Shown here one piece after another: positions 56,357 to 64,000 of a stretch of 64,000 nucleotides of DNA. The stretch spans positions 1,359 through 65,358 of the forward strand of contig CAXREJ010000053.1 of NCBI GenBank assembly GCA_964229765.1. Reading direction: 5' to 3'. The notes beneath the pieces are model-generated. The model saw only the letters and a program-made list of their open reading frames with translations. It searched no databases and had not been told where the DNA came from. Each line of letters opens with the position of its first letter. Within the stretch, counting starts at the first letter, position 1. This DNA is from Bdellovibrionales bacterium. GTDB taxonomy: Bacteria; Bdellovibrionota; Bdellovibrionia; Bdellovibrionales; JAGQZY01. Both the position numbers and the translations under genes were made by a program.

Positions 56357-58087
56357 ATGATTGGGAAAAATTTTAGACTGAGTATTGATCTGTTAGCCGA
56401 GATCAATCGTATCAATAGTTTAGAGTTTGAATCTGTTGAAGAGGTTTTAAAAGAATTCCTCTTGGTAGGTAAAAAATATTTTCAATTGGAATATGGAATT
56501 GTTTCCCGAGTGATTGATGATAAATATGTTGTGTTATCTGCTGTTTCCCCTAAAGATGAAATAAAAAGTGGTGATACCTATGAATTGCAAAACACCTATT
56601 GTCATAGAGTTGTCGCAGAAAAAAAGACCTATTTTATTCACTGTGTAAGCTCTGATGCGACCATGAGTCATCATCCTGTTTATCTTGCAATGGGTTTAGA
56701 GAGTTTTGTGGGAAGTCCTATTTTTATTAACGGAGAAGTTTTTGGCACCTTAAATTTTTCTTCGACTCGGAAAATAGCAGAGAGCAGTAGAGATAATTTA
56801 GTGCTTTTCAATGAGTTCTTATCACAAATTTTAGCTAAAAATATTAAAGCTGATTTAGTTCACAAAGAGATTTTAATTAAAAAAGAACTTTTGAAAAAAG
56901 AAAATAAAAAACTAAAAAATCAATTAAGAATTAATAAAACTCTTGAGAAAGAGAATAGGGCTCACAAAGGGTTGGCCGAAAAGTTACAGGTTATCGCCCA
57001 AATAGGGCAATGGGAATACGATGTGGCCACTCAAGGTTTGGAGTGGGGAGACGTTGTTTATCAAATCCATGGTCTCGACCCTAAAGATGGTCCTCCTCCA
57101 GTTGATAAAGCTATTAATTTTTACGCTCCTCATGAACGACAAAGAATCACTGATTATTTAACAAAATGTGTTGAAGGTGGTGAGAGTTACCATGATGATT
57201 TTGAATTTATTGATGCTCAAAATAATAAAAAATGGGTTAACGCTTTTGGTGAAGCAATTAAAGATGATGAGGGGTTGATCGTAACCATTCGAGGTTATTT
57301 CCAAGATATAACTGACACAAAGTTACGAGAAAAAGAAATTGAACATCTCAAGAATGTCGCGGAAAAAGGAAGTAAAACCAAATCGAAATTCATAGCGAGC
57401 ATGAGTCATGAGTTAAGGACGCCATTAAATGCTATTATTGGTTACAGCGAGCTTATTGAAGATGAAATTGAGTTTTCTACTACGGAACAATTATTAGATG
57501 ATGTAAAAAAAATTAAGCATAGTGGTCTTTATTTACTGACGCTCATTAATCAAATTCTTGACATAGCTAAGATTGAGGCTGGAAAGGTGAGTGTCAATAC
57601 GTCAAAATTTAATTTGAAAGATCTACAGAATCAGATTGAACCTATTTGTACACCTGTTGTTTTAAAGAAGAAAAATCAACTGATTTTTACAGGTATGAGT
57701 GAGGCTGTTGAAGTTGAGAGCGATAGAGAGAAGATGGCACAAGTCTTAATTAATCTGATTTCTAATGCAGCTAAGTTTACAGAGAATGGTAAAATAACCG
57801 TAACAAGTCGAGTTGTTGGTGAAAATCTTGAGGTTTCAGTGGAGGATAATGGCATAGGAATGCCCAAAGAAAAATTAGATAAAATATTCAATCGTTTTCA
57901 ACAACTGGACTCTAAGTTTAGTGGAGAAACTGAGGGCACGGGCCTTGGCTTAACAATTTGTAAGGAGTTTTTAAAGCTGATGCATGGAGATATTTCAGTG
58001 AAGAGTCAAGAAGGTGAGGGTAGTGTTTTTGAACTTCATCTGCCATTAAGAATTTCTCGAAAACAAAAAGATATCAAGGTTGCTTAG
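56357..58087 (+). CDS. Cytoplasmic sensor histidine kinase (GAF - coiled coil - PAS - HisKA - HATPase_c)
   Basis: H-box FIASMSHELRTPLNAI. N/G boxes are LISNAAKFT, DNGIGMP and GTGLGLTICK. No TM segments. Confidence 0.85.
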   Translation: MIGKNFRLSIDLLAEINRINSLEFESVEEVLKEFLLVGKKYFQLEYGIVSRVIDDKYVVLSAVSPKDEIKSGDTYELQNTYCHRVVAEKKTYFIHCVSSDATMSHHPVYLAMGLESFVGSPIFINGEVFGTLNFSSTRKIAESSRDNLVLFNEFLSQILAKNIKADLVHKEILIKKELLKKENKKLKNQLRINKTLEKENRAHKGLAEKLQVIAQIGQWEYDVATQGLEWGDVVYQIHGLDPKDGPPPVDKAINFYAPHERQRITDYLTKCVEGGESYHDDFEFIDAQNNKKWVNAFGEAIKDDEGLIVTIRGYFQDITDTKLREKEIEHLKNVAEKGSKTKSKFIASMSHELRTPLNAIIGYSELIEDEIEFSTTEQLLDDVKKIKHSGLYLLTLINQILDIAKIEAGKVSVNTSKFNLKDLQNQIEPICTPVVLKKKNQLIFTGMSEAVEVESDREKMAQVLINLISNAAKFTENGKITVTSRVVGENLEVSVEDNGIGMPKEKLDKIFNRFQQLDSKFSGETEGTGLGLTICKEFLKLMHGDISVKSQEGEGSVFELHLPLRISRKQKDIKVA

Positions 58088-58088
58088 T

Positions 58089-58460
58089 ATGAGTAAGATT
58101 TTATTAGTTGAAGACAACGAAATCAATCAAGAGTTAATGACCCGTCGATTGAAGAATCGAGGTTACGAAGTTCGTCTTGCAGAAGACGGTGAAAAAGCCT
58201 TAGCTCTACTTAAAAATGAAAAATTTGATCTTGTGTTAATTGATATAAGTCTACCTAAAATGTCAGGGCTTCAAGTCGTAGAAATTTGTAAATCGGATCA
58301 TAAATTGAGTCATATCATTTTTGTAGCACTGACCGCACATGCTATGGAGAGTACAAAAGAAGAAGCCTTAGGAATTGGTTGTCAGGCTTTTGTCACCAAG
58401 CCTGTGGATTACAAGTTGTTAATGGAGACCATTGAACCTCTGCTTATCAAAAAAACATAA
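58089..58460 (+). CDS. Single-domain response regulator (CheY-like receiver)
   Basis: ILLVEDNEINQ...DLVLIDISLPKMSG...LTAHA. It starts 2 nt after the kinase stop. Confidence 0.85.
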   Translation: MSKILLVEDNEINQELMTRRLKNRGYEVRLAEDGEKALALLKNEKFDLVLIDISLPKMSGLQVVEICKSDHKLSHIIFVALTAHAMESTKEEALGIGCQAFVTKPVDYKLLMETIEPLLIKKT

Positions 58461-58476
58461 TGCATAATTTATGAAT

Positions 58477-59697
58477 TTATTCTGTGGTTTTCCATTGTAA
58501 ACCAATAAAACTGCATGCCATCGCTACTAGGCTGATTAGGAAAAGTAGTAAAAAGATAAAATTAGAGCTATTGGAATAATCAATCAAGAGACCAAAGAGC
58601 GCAGGACTTGCTGCTGTTGAAAAAATCATGAAAGTTGCAAATAAGCTTTTTATAGCACCGAGGTGTTTAACTCCATAAAGCTCAGCCCATATAGCCGATT
58701 TAATGGGGCCACCGCTTCCAACGGTCAGACCAAAAAGAAAAAAGGTTAATCCTGGAACCCAGGTCGATTCGCTCAAGTATAGAATTAAAAAAGCAAAAGA
58801 GAGTGGTATTTGATAAAGTGGAAAAAGTTTTTTAGCCGATAGTTTGTCCACAAGAGGACCTGTTAAAAAGGTGTTAGCAATTCTCCCCGTTGCAAAAAAG
58901 AAAAGTCCAGAAGCCATTAGGCTTAAGCTCCAACCTTTGTGTTCGGCAAGAATGGCTTGATGGAAAAACACACCGGTTAAAGCAAATGGAGGCAGTAGGA
59001 CCTGAGGCGTTATGAAATACACAGTGGGGTGTTTAAAGACCTTTTTTCTATCCCAACCATGAAGTTCAATCGATGGCCTGTTGTTTTCTTTGTTGACTAA
59101 AAGTGGTTGATTAAAGGCATCCAGCTTTTTTGTAGTAAGCCAATTGAAGGGAAAGTGAAAACAAATGAGTAGGGTGGCTAAACTAATACCAAATAAGTGA
59201 ATTCCCATAATAGGAAGTAAAAAAGCCCCCAAAGGTGTCATTAAGCCCTCAAAGACGGGAAAGCCCAGCTGGCTTAAGGCAAGTGCCTTTCCTCTCTGGG
59301 CGGTAAAATAACGAGCAATCGTAATTGAGGAGAGGCTGGAGCTGAGTCCTTGTCCAAAGAGCCTGAGACCAAGCAGGCCTAATACAACGAATAGGATGTT
59401 TTGTAAGCTTACTAAGGCCAATTGACTGAAAAAGAGACCCACTCCAATAAATAAACCCATTTTTCGAGCGTCAAAACGGTCGATGAGGGGCCCAATGAAG
59501 CTAATAAGAATGCCACTAGCTAATGTCACTAACGAGTAGAGAGAGCCGTATTGGCTACTAGAGAGAGCAAAAGTGGACATTATTAATGGGCTATAGAGGG
59601 AGATGAAATGAGTTTGTCCATAGCCTGAGAAAAAGGTGTGTAAAAAGCCAAAACCAATAGAGCGAGGATTTTTCCGTAGAAGTTGCTGATAATTCAT
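58477..59697 (-). CDS. MFS transporter
   Basis: 406 aa from ATG 59697 (MNYQQLLRKNPRSIGFGF...), about 12 TM helices. The track N-terminal extension is non-hydrophobic and reaches the hmgA promoter region. Confidence 0.7.
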   Translation of the reverse strand: MNYQQLLRKNPRSIGFGFLHTFFSGYGQTHFISLYSPLIMSTFALSSSQYGSLYSLVTLASGILISFIGPLIDRFDARKMGLFIGVGLFFSQLALVSLQNILFVVLGLLGLRLFGQGLSSSLSSITIARYFTAQRGKALALSQLGFPVFEGLMTPLGAFLLPIMGIHLFGISLATLLICFHFPFNWLTTKKLDAFNQPLLVNKENNRPSIELHGWDRKKVFKHPTVYFITPQVLLPPFALTGVFFHQAILAEHKGWSLSLMASGLFFFATGRIANTFLTGPLVDKLSAKKLFPLYQIPLSFAFLILYLSESTWVPGLTFFLFGLTVGSGGPIKSAIWAELYGVKHLGAIKSLFATFMIFSTAASPALFGLLIDYSNSSNFIFLLLFLISLVAMACSFIGLQWKTTE

Positions 59698-59875
59698 GAC
59701 TTTTTGTATGCCGAATTGCTTTATATTGCAATGGAGCCTTTGACCCTTTAGGGCATTTCTCTTAAACTTTCCCCGATATGAAATGGAGTGGCCGTCATTC
59801 AGTTTATAAAGAAAAAAGATGGTTTGCCAGCATAAAAGTTGAGAGTCTATTTCAAGCAATGGGAGGATGGGCTTA

Positions 59876-61150
59876 ATGGAATATCTAACAGGTTTTGGAA
59901 ATTTTTTTGAGTCGGAAGCTGAAAAAGGTTGCTTGCCGGAGGGGAGAAACTCACCTCGTCAGCCGTTAAAGGGCCTCATTCCTGAACAACTTTCTGGAAG
60001 TGCTTTTACAATGCCAAGGCATGAAAATTTACGCAGTTGGCTTTATCGTATTTTTCCATCCACGTTTCATGGTCCCTACGAAAATTATGAGCATAAAACT
60101 TGGGGTACCCAATATGATGTAAAATGCCCAACCTCTCCAGAAAGATTACGTTGGAAACCTTTTGTCGATGATAATAAAGAAAAAGATTTTATTGATGGTG
60201 TTTATTCCATGGTTGTTGCAAAGGGTGAAGCTTTTGCTGCTCACAATTACTCATTTAATAAATCCATGGGGGATCGTTATTTCTATAATGCTGATGGTGA
60301 ACTCCTCTTTTTACCCTATCAAGGAAAGTTAGAGTTTATTACCGAGATGGGTCGACTGTTGGCTGAACCCTTCGAGTTGGTGGTGATTCCCAGAGGAATT
60401 AAATTTCAAGTGAATCCTTTGGAATCTCAACAATGCATGGGCTACTTAGGGGAAAATCTAGGGCACCCCATGACTCTTCCTCAATTAGGCCCAATCGGTT
60501 CAAATGGTCTTGCGAACCCTCGGGATTTTCAATACCCACAAGCTTTTTATGAGGATAAAAGATGTTCGTGCCAAGTTGTTTCAAAATTTGATCATCATTT
60601 CTGGCAGTATGAAACCAATCATAGTCCGATCAATGTGGTCGCATGGCATGGGAACTACGCTCCCTACAAATACGATTTACGCAAATTCAATACAATGGGA
60701 ACCGTGTCTTATGATCATCCCGATCCATCCATTTATACGGTGTTAACATCACCCACAGCCACTGCGGGTCTTGCTAATGTGGACTTTGTTATTTTTCCTC
60801 CACGATGGCTCGTTGGGGAAAACACTTTTCGTCCCCCCTATTATCATCGCAATTTTATGAATGAATATATGGGGCTCATTCATGGTGCTTACGATGCTAA
60901 AAAAGAAGGTTTTTTAGTGGGTGGTGCGAGTTTGCATAATTGTATGTCTTCCCATGGTCCCGATACGGACACTTTTGAGAAAGCGATAAAGGCTAAAGAA
61001 GTTCCAGAGAAAATTGATAATACAATGGCCTTTATGTTTGAAAGTAGCCAAATATTTCAACCGACTTCACAAGCTTTGAAGGCTCATTTTATTGATAGTG
61101 ATTATTATAAGTGTTGGCAGAAATTTGAACCTTATTTTGGGAGGTCCTAG
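59876..61150 (+). CDS. hmgA: Homogentisate 1,2-dioxygenase
   Basis: YLTGFGNFFESEA...EQLSGSAFTMPRHENLRSWLYRIFPS, conserved through the C-terminus. GGGAGG lies 9 nt upstream of ATG 59876 (alternative start 59867). Confidence 0.9.
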   Translation: MEYLTGFGNFFESEAEKGCLPEGRNSPRQPLKGLIPEQLSGSAFTMPRHENLRSWLYRIFPSTFHGPYENYEHKTWGTQYDVKCPTSPERLRWKPFVDDNKEKDFIDGVYSMVVAKGEAFAAHNYSFNKSMGDRYFYNADGELLFLPYQGKLEFITEMGRLLAEPFELVVIPRGIKFQVNPLESQQCMGYLGENLGHPMTLPQLGPIGSNGLANPRDFQYPQAFYEDKRCSCQVVSKFDHHFWQYETNHSPINVVAWHGNYAPYKYDLRKFNTMGTVSYDHPDPSIYTVLTSPTATAGLANVDFVIFPPRWLVGENTFRPPYYHRNFMNEYMGLIHGAYDAKKEGFLVGGASLHNCMSSHGPDTDTFEKAIKAKEVPEKIDNTMAFMFESSQIFQPTSQALKAHFIDSDYYKCWQKFEPYFGRS

Positions 61151-61530
61151 TGGGTCGCATATGGTTATTAAGTGGAGCGGTTTTAGGATTTTTATTTGTT
61201 ACTTTAGGGGCCTTCGGTGCTCATGCTCTAGAAAAGTGGCTGAGTCTCCATCAGATGGAAATCATCTCTACGGCCAATCAATATTTAGGGTACCATGCTT
61301 TGGCGCTTTTGATTTTAGGTTTATGGTCAGAAAAGCATGGAAAAAAATCTCAATTGACAGGTTTAGCCTTTCTTGCAGGCATAATTCTTTTCAGTGGCAG
61401 TCTTTATGTTTATATCCTCGCCGATTTAAGATGGGCTGCTATGATTACTCCTCTTGGAGGGTTATCATTTTTAATTGGCTGGGGCTCTTTTGCTTATGGT
61501 GTCTGGGGTAATAAAGGAAAAACGATATGA
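61150..61530 (+). CDS. DUF423 (YgdD-like) small membrane protein
   Basis: 126 aa. GTG start overlaps the hmgA stop by 1 nt. LGAFGAHAL motif, 4 TM helices. Confidence 0.7.
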   Translation: MGRIWLLSGAVLGFLFVTLGAFGAHALEKWLSLHQMEIISTANQYLGYHALALLILGLWSEKHGKKSQLTGLAFLAGIILFSGSLYVYILADLRWAAMITPLGGLSFLIGWGSFAYGVWGNKGKTI

Positions 61531-61703
61531 CCAATCTTGAATTGGGGCTTATTGAGTTTTAATAATAAGTTGTTTGAAGTGTAGTCTAAACTTTAGACAT
61601 AAATTCAATAGTTAACTATAAATCCTTGTTTTAATTTCACTATTTTAGTTTTTTCTTTTAATTTTATGTCTAGTGATCCAAATTATCTAATAAAGGGGTC
61701 ATT

Positions 61704-62249
61704 ATGAAAAATATTTTATTTATTTTAGCTACCATTCTTTATACTAGCGTCGCTTTTTCCCAGTTCGATTCAGTTTATACCAGTGTATCCTCAGAGGATT
61801 GTTTAACTATTTCTGTCAGTAATGCCACAGATGAAATTGATTTCTACTCAGGTGAGTGTCCCTCATTAGGAGGGTATCAGGTGTTAGTTGTGGGTGGTGA
61901 TATCCGATATAATTTGGATTTAAAATACAATGGTGTTCGCATTCCAACTTATAAGCCAGGAGCTTTTCATGATATGGGAAGCACTGTGATTGAATGGAGA
62001 TATTCAAAAATGGGTGATGGTTATCAGTCTCAGGTCAATTATACCGCTTTGATCTATCGTCTATCTTTAGACACTTATACTGAAGAGCAGGGGCAGGTGG
62101 AAAAGGACACATTGGTTGTTGTGCGATTGGCGCAAGAGAACTCCTGTGTGATCGGGTTAGTTGAACAGCAAGCTAATATGAATGAGAAAGCTCAAGCCAT
62201 CGCTGATGATATGAGCAGAACTTGTCTGTTATCACCAAGCATCTATTAA
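61704..62249 (+). CDS. Hypothetical secreted protein
   Basis: 181 aa. Signal peptide MKNILFILATILYTSVAFS. AAAGGGG RBS. Confidence 0.55.
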   Translation: MKNILFILATILYTSVAFSQFDSVYTSVSSEDCLTISVSNATDEIDFYSGECPSLGGYQVLVVGGDIRYNLDLKYNGVRIPTYKPGAFHDMGSTVIEWRYSKMGDGYQSQVNYTALIYRLSLDTYTEEQGQVEKDTLVVVRLAQENSCVIGLVEQQANMNEKAQAIADDMSRTCLLSPSIY

Positions 62250-62286
62250 GCAAAACTGTTTTATCTTCGTTGTATTAAGAGTTTTT

Positions 62287-62316
62287 AAAGGACACTTTAA
62301 TGAGTGTCCTTTTTTT
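62287..62316 (+). terminator. Rho-independent terminator
   Basis: aaaggacac-tttaatga-gtgtccttt followed by a T-run. Confidence 0.85.
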
Positions 62317-62527
62317 ATGTTTAAAATGAGAACATCAATATTAAAAGGTTGTTGGGAACTTTTTCGTTCTAGTGTTTTACACGTCACTAAAGGCAGGACC
62401 AAGGACTGGTATTTTTATTGAATAGTTAGAACTTCTAAGTGATTTCAGTAGAATATATAACTGTCATTTGGTCCTGAAGATTATTGTTTTTTATTAAAAA
62501 GGGCTGGGTCATTAGAGGGGAAAAGTT

Positions 62528-64000
62528 ATGAAGCCCATTGTTTTATTAGGTGGAGGTCTTTACCACTATCAGGTTATTCAAAGCTTAAACGAGGAAATAA
62601 CCAAGAATCAATCCGTCTTGATGGTATCTGAAAATCCCAAAGTCTCACCCTTAGAGTACGTCCCTTATCAGTTAGCTAAAACTACGAATGTTGATGTCCA
62701 TTTGGATTTATGGACAGTTTGCCAAAAAAAATCAGTGGAATATTTAAATGATCGCTGTCTACAGATCAATAGAGAAGAAGGGGTTGTACAGTTAGAAAAT
62801 TTTGGTTCTCTCCCATTTCATCATTTAAGTTTAGAAACGGTGTGTGAACCTAGTTTTGATTTGTCCGCCTATGAAGATCCATCAAAAATTATATTGGATC
62901 ATCCTGTCAGTTTTGTTTCTAAAATGCGACAGTTTTTTAGAGAGGTGCATCGTCACTGTCCACGAGAAGTGAGAGTTATTATTACAGGGCTCAGTGTATT
63001 GAGTGTGGAGTTGTCTTTGGTTTTACAAGGGCAGTTAGAAAAAGATTGTGAGAACTGTGACATTGTTATTTTAGAGTCAAAATCTAATGAGGAATTAAGT
63101 TCTAATCAGAAAAAACAAATAAAGAAACTCAAGAAACAAGGCATTCGCGTCTTATCTGGCGCTCGAATTTTATCAGACAAACCACATTGTTTGGATTTAG
63201 AAGGGGGGCAAGCTCTTAGTTATGATATCTTAATTCCATTAAATTATTGGGTGCCTAAAGATTTTTTAGGGAAACTTTTGCAAAATGAGAGTCCCTTTAT
63301 CGAGGTTGAAGAGGATTTGACCCATAGTTCGTTAGCTAATCTTTCTGTGGTAGGAAGAAACGTTTTTGTGAGAACAAAAAAGAAGTGGTTACATGAGTTT
63401 AATAATTCGGAAGTAAGTCAGTTACTGTTACATAATATTTTTAAAATGAATACCAAACCAGCTGCGAAGTTAAAAGACTCTAGGCAGTACTTGGATACCT
63501 TATTACTTTCTGATGGTTGGAAAAAATTTGTTTCTGCCAAAGACAGTGGTGTTCTAAAGCGCTGGGTAGGAGAAAAAGAGAAATCAATTCTAGACTTAAA
63601 GAATGTCGCAACCTTTGAAAAGGCCAAGGTTGATGTTCAAAATAAGTTACAACAACAAGCTGATCAGATGAGTCGCCCATGGAGAGGGCGAACACTCAGT
63701 CATATAACTGAAAATCGGAAATATTTCTTAACAACTTTTCATGGTTTTAATTCATGGGGAAATTACTCACAATCCACTGCTAAAATTTGTGAAATGGCCT
63801 TGTTAAAAAGTTTGGCTAAAGGAATGAAAGCTCAGCACTTGCGTTTTCATTTAACTTTACCAAGTGAACACAATCATTTATCGCGCCATATTTTTGAATC
63901 AACTCTTCATACTATTGAAAACTTTTGTAGTAGTCATCAGTTGGAAATGGATGGTGGAGACACCTTTGATGGACAGTCCTGGAAGTTATGCATAACTATT
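62528..64000 (+). CDS. Pyridine-nucleotide-disulfide-oxidoreductase-like / SelD(PurM-fold)-like fusion protein, partial (runs off the right edge)
   Basis: Manual translation from ATG 62528 (GAGGGG upstream) is open for 491 codons to the window end. N-terminus is MKPIVLLGGGLYHYQVIQ (Rossmann-like). From about aa 395, YFLTTFHGF...LLKSLAKGMKAQHL...GGDTFDG aligns by eye with the SelD blocks TTDFF / SDIFAMGG / GGHSID. Confidence 0.6.
   Translation, partial: MKPIVLLGGGLYHYQVIQSLNEEITKNQSVLMVSENPKVSPLEYVPYQLAKTTNVDVHLDLWTVCQKKSVEYLNDRCLQINREEGVVQLENFGSLPFHHLSLETVCEPSFDLSAYEDPSKIILDHPVSFVSKMRQFFREVHRHCPREVRVIITGLSVLSVELSLVLQGQLEKDCENCDIVILESKSNEELSSNQKKQIKKLKKQGIRVLSGARILSDKPHCLDLEGGQALSYDILIPLNYWVPKDFLGKLLQNESPFIEVEEDLTHSSLANLSVVGRNVFVRTKKKWLHEFNNSEVSQLLLHNIFKMNTKPAAKLKDSRQYLDTLLLSDGWKKFVSAKDSGVLKRWVGEKEKSILDLKNVATFEKAKVDVQNKLQQQADQMSRPWRGRTLSHITENRKYFLTTFHGFNSWGNYSQSTAKICEMALLKSLAKGMKAQHLRFHLTLPSEHNHLSRHIFESTLHTIENFCSSHQLEMDGGDTFDGQSWKLCITI

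Noticed and set aside
61092-61511. 139-aa plus-strand ORF overlapping the hmgA end and the DUF423 gene
   Set aside because: It is an alternative frame of the DUF423 gene. The translation is Cys/Arg/Trp-rich and non-protein-like, while the DUF423 frame has the GAFGAHAL motif and four TM helices.
63418-63695. Minus-strand ORFs 63418..63627 and 63480..63695
   Set aside because: They are antisense to the long open plus-strand SelD-like frame that runs to the window edge.

Overview
AT-rich chromosomal segment (composition judged by eye, not computed) from a Gram-negative bacterium. I support about 50 protein genes. I found no rRNA, tRNA, CRISPR array, transposase or integrase. The gene content includes OMPLA, many lipoproteins and secreted proteins without recognisable families, two tandem POT peptide permeases and a singlet histone-fold protein. 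This suggests a Bdellovibrionota/Bacteriovoracaceae-like organism, but that is inference only.

Housekeeping and ordinary genes:
- Transport: two POT permeases, Kef-type antiporter, EamA and MFS transporters.
- Metabolism: FadE-type acyl-CoA dehydrogenase, MutT-like Nudix, cytochrome bd oxidase CydAB, 2Fe-2S ferredoxin, homogentisate dioxygenase.
- Protein folding and rescue: cyclophilin and FKBP isomerases, ArfB.
- Other: FtsK-like translocase, DUF885 lipoprotein, a cytoplasmic GAF-PAS histidine kinase with a stand-alone receiver.

Items worth a second look:
1. 7010-7243: a small histone-fold protein with a poly-lysine N-terminal tail. It sits alone between two long structured non-coding regions.
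2. 16.1-29.2 kb: an envelope locus with two translationally coupled pairs of outer-membrane beta-barrel plus very large lipoprotein or coiled-coil protein (1755 aa and 966 aa). The pairs flank an RNA-methyltransferase-like gene and OMPLA.
3. 29450-30403: a secreted protein ending in a Hint / bacterial-intein-like autoprocessing domain. It shares a post-signal-peptide motif (aromatic-C-x-[DS]-L-[LF]) with two other secreted orphan proteins.
4. 13326-14621: a divergent FabV-like enoyl reductase coupled to an RNase Z-like MBL hydrolase.
5. 1-5356 (minus strand): a surface lipoprotein of more than 1785 aa, absent from the ORF track because it runs off the left edge. It contains 264-bp near-identical tandem Ig-like repeats.
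6. Several orphan structured or repeated non-coding elements, an FtsK homologue lacking the gamma domain, and a SelD-like fusion with degenerate metal ligands.

All family assignments come from motif reading by eye. No database search was run.
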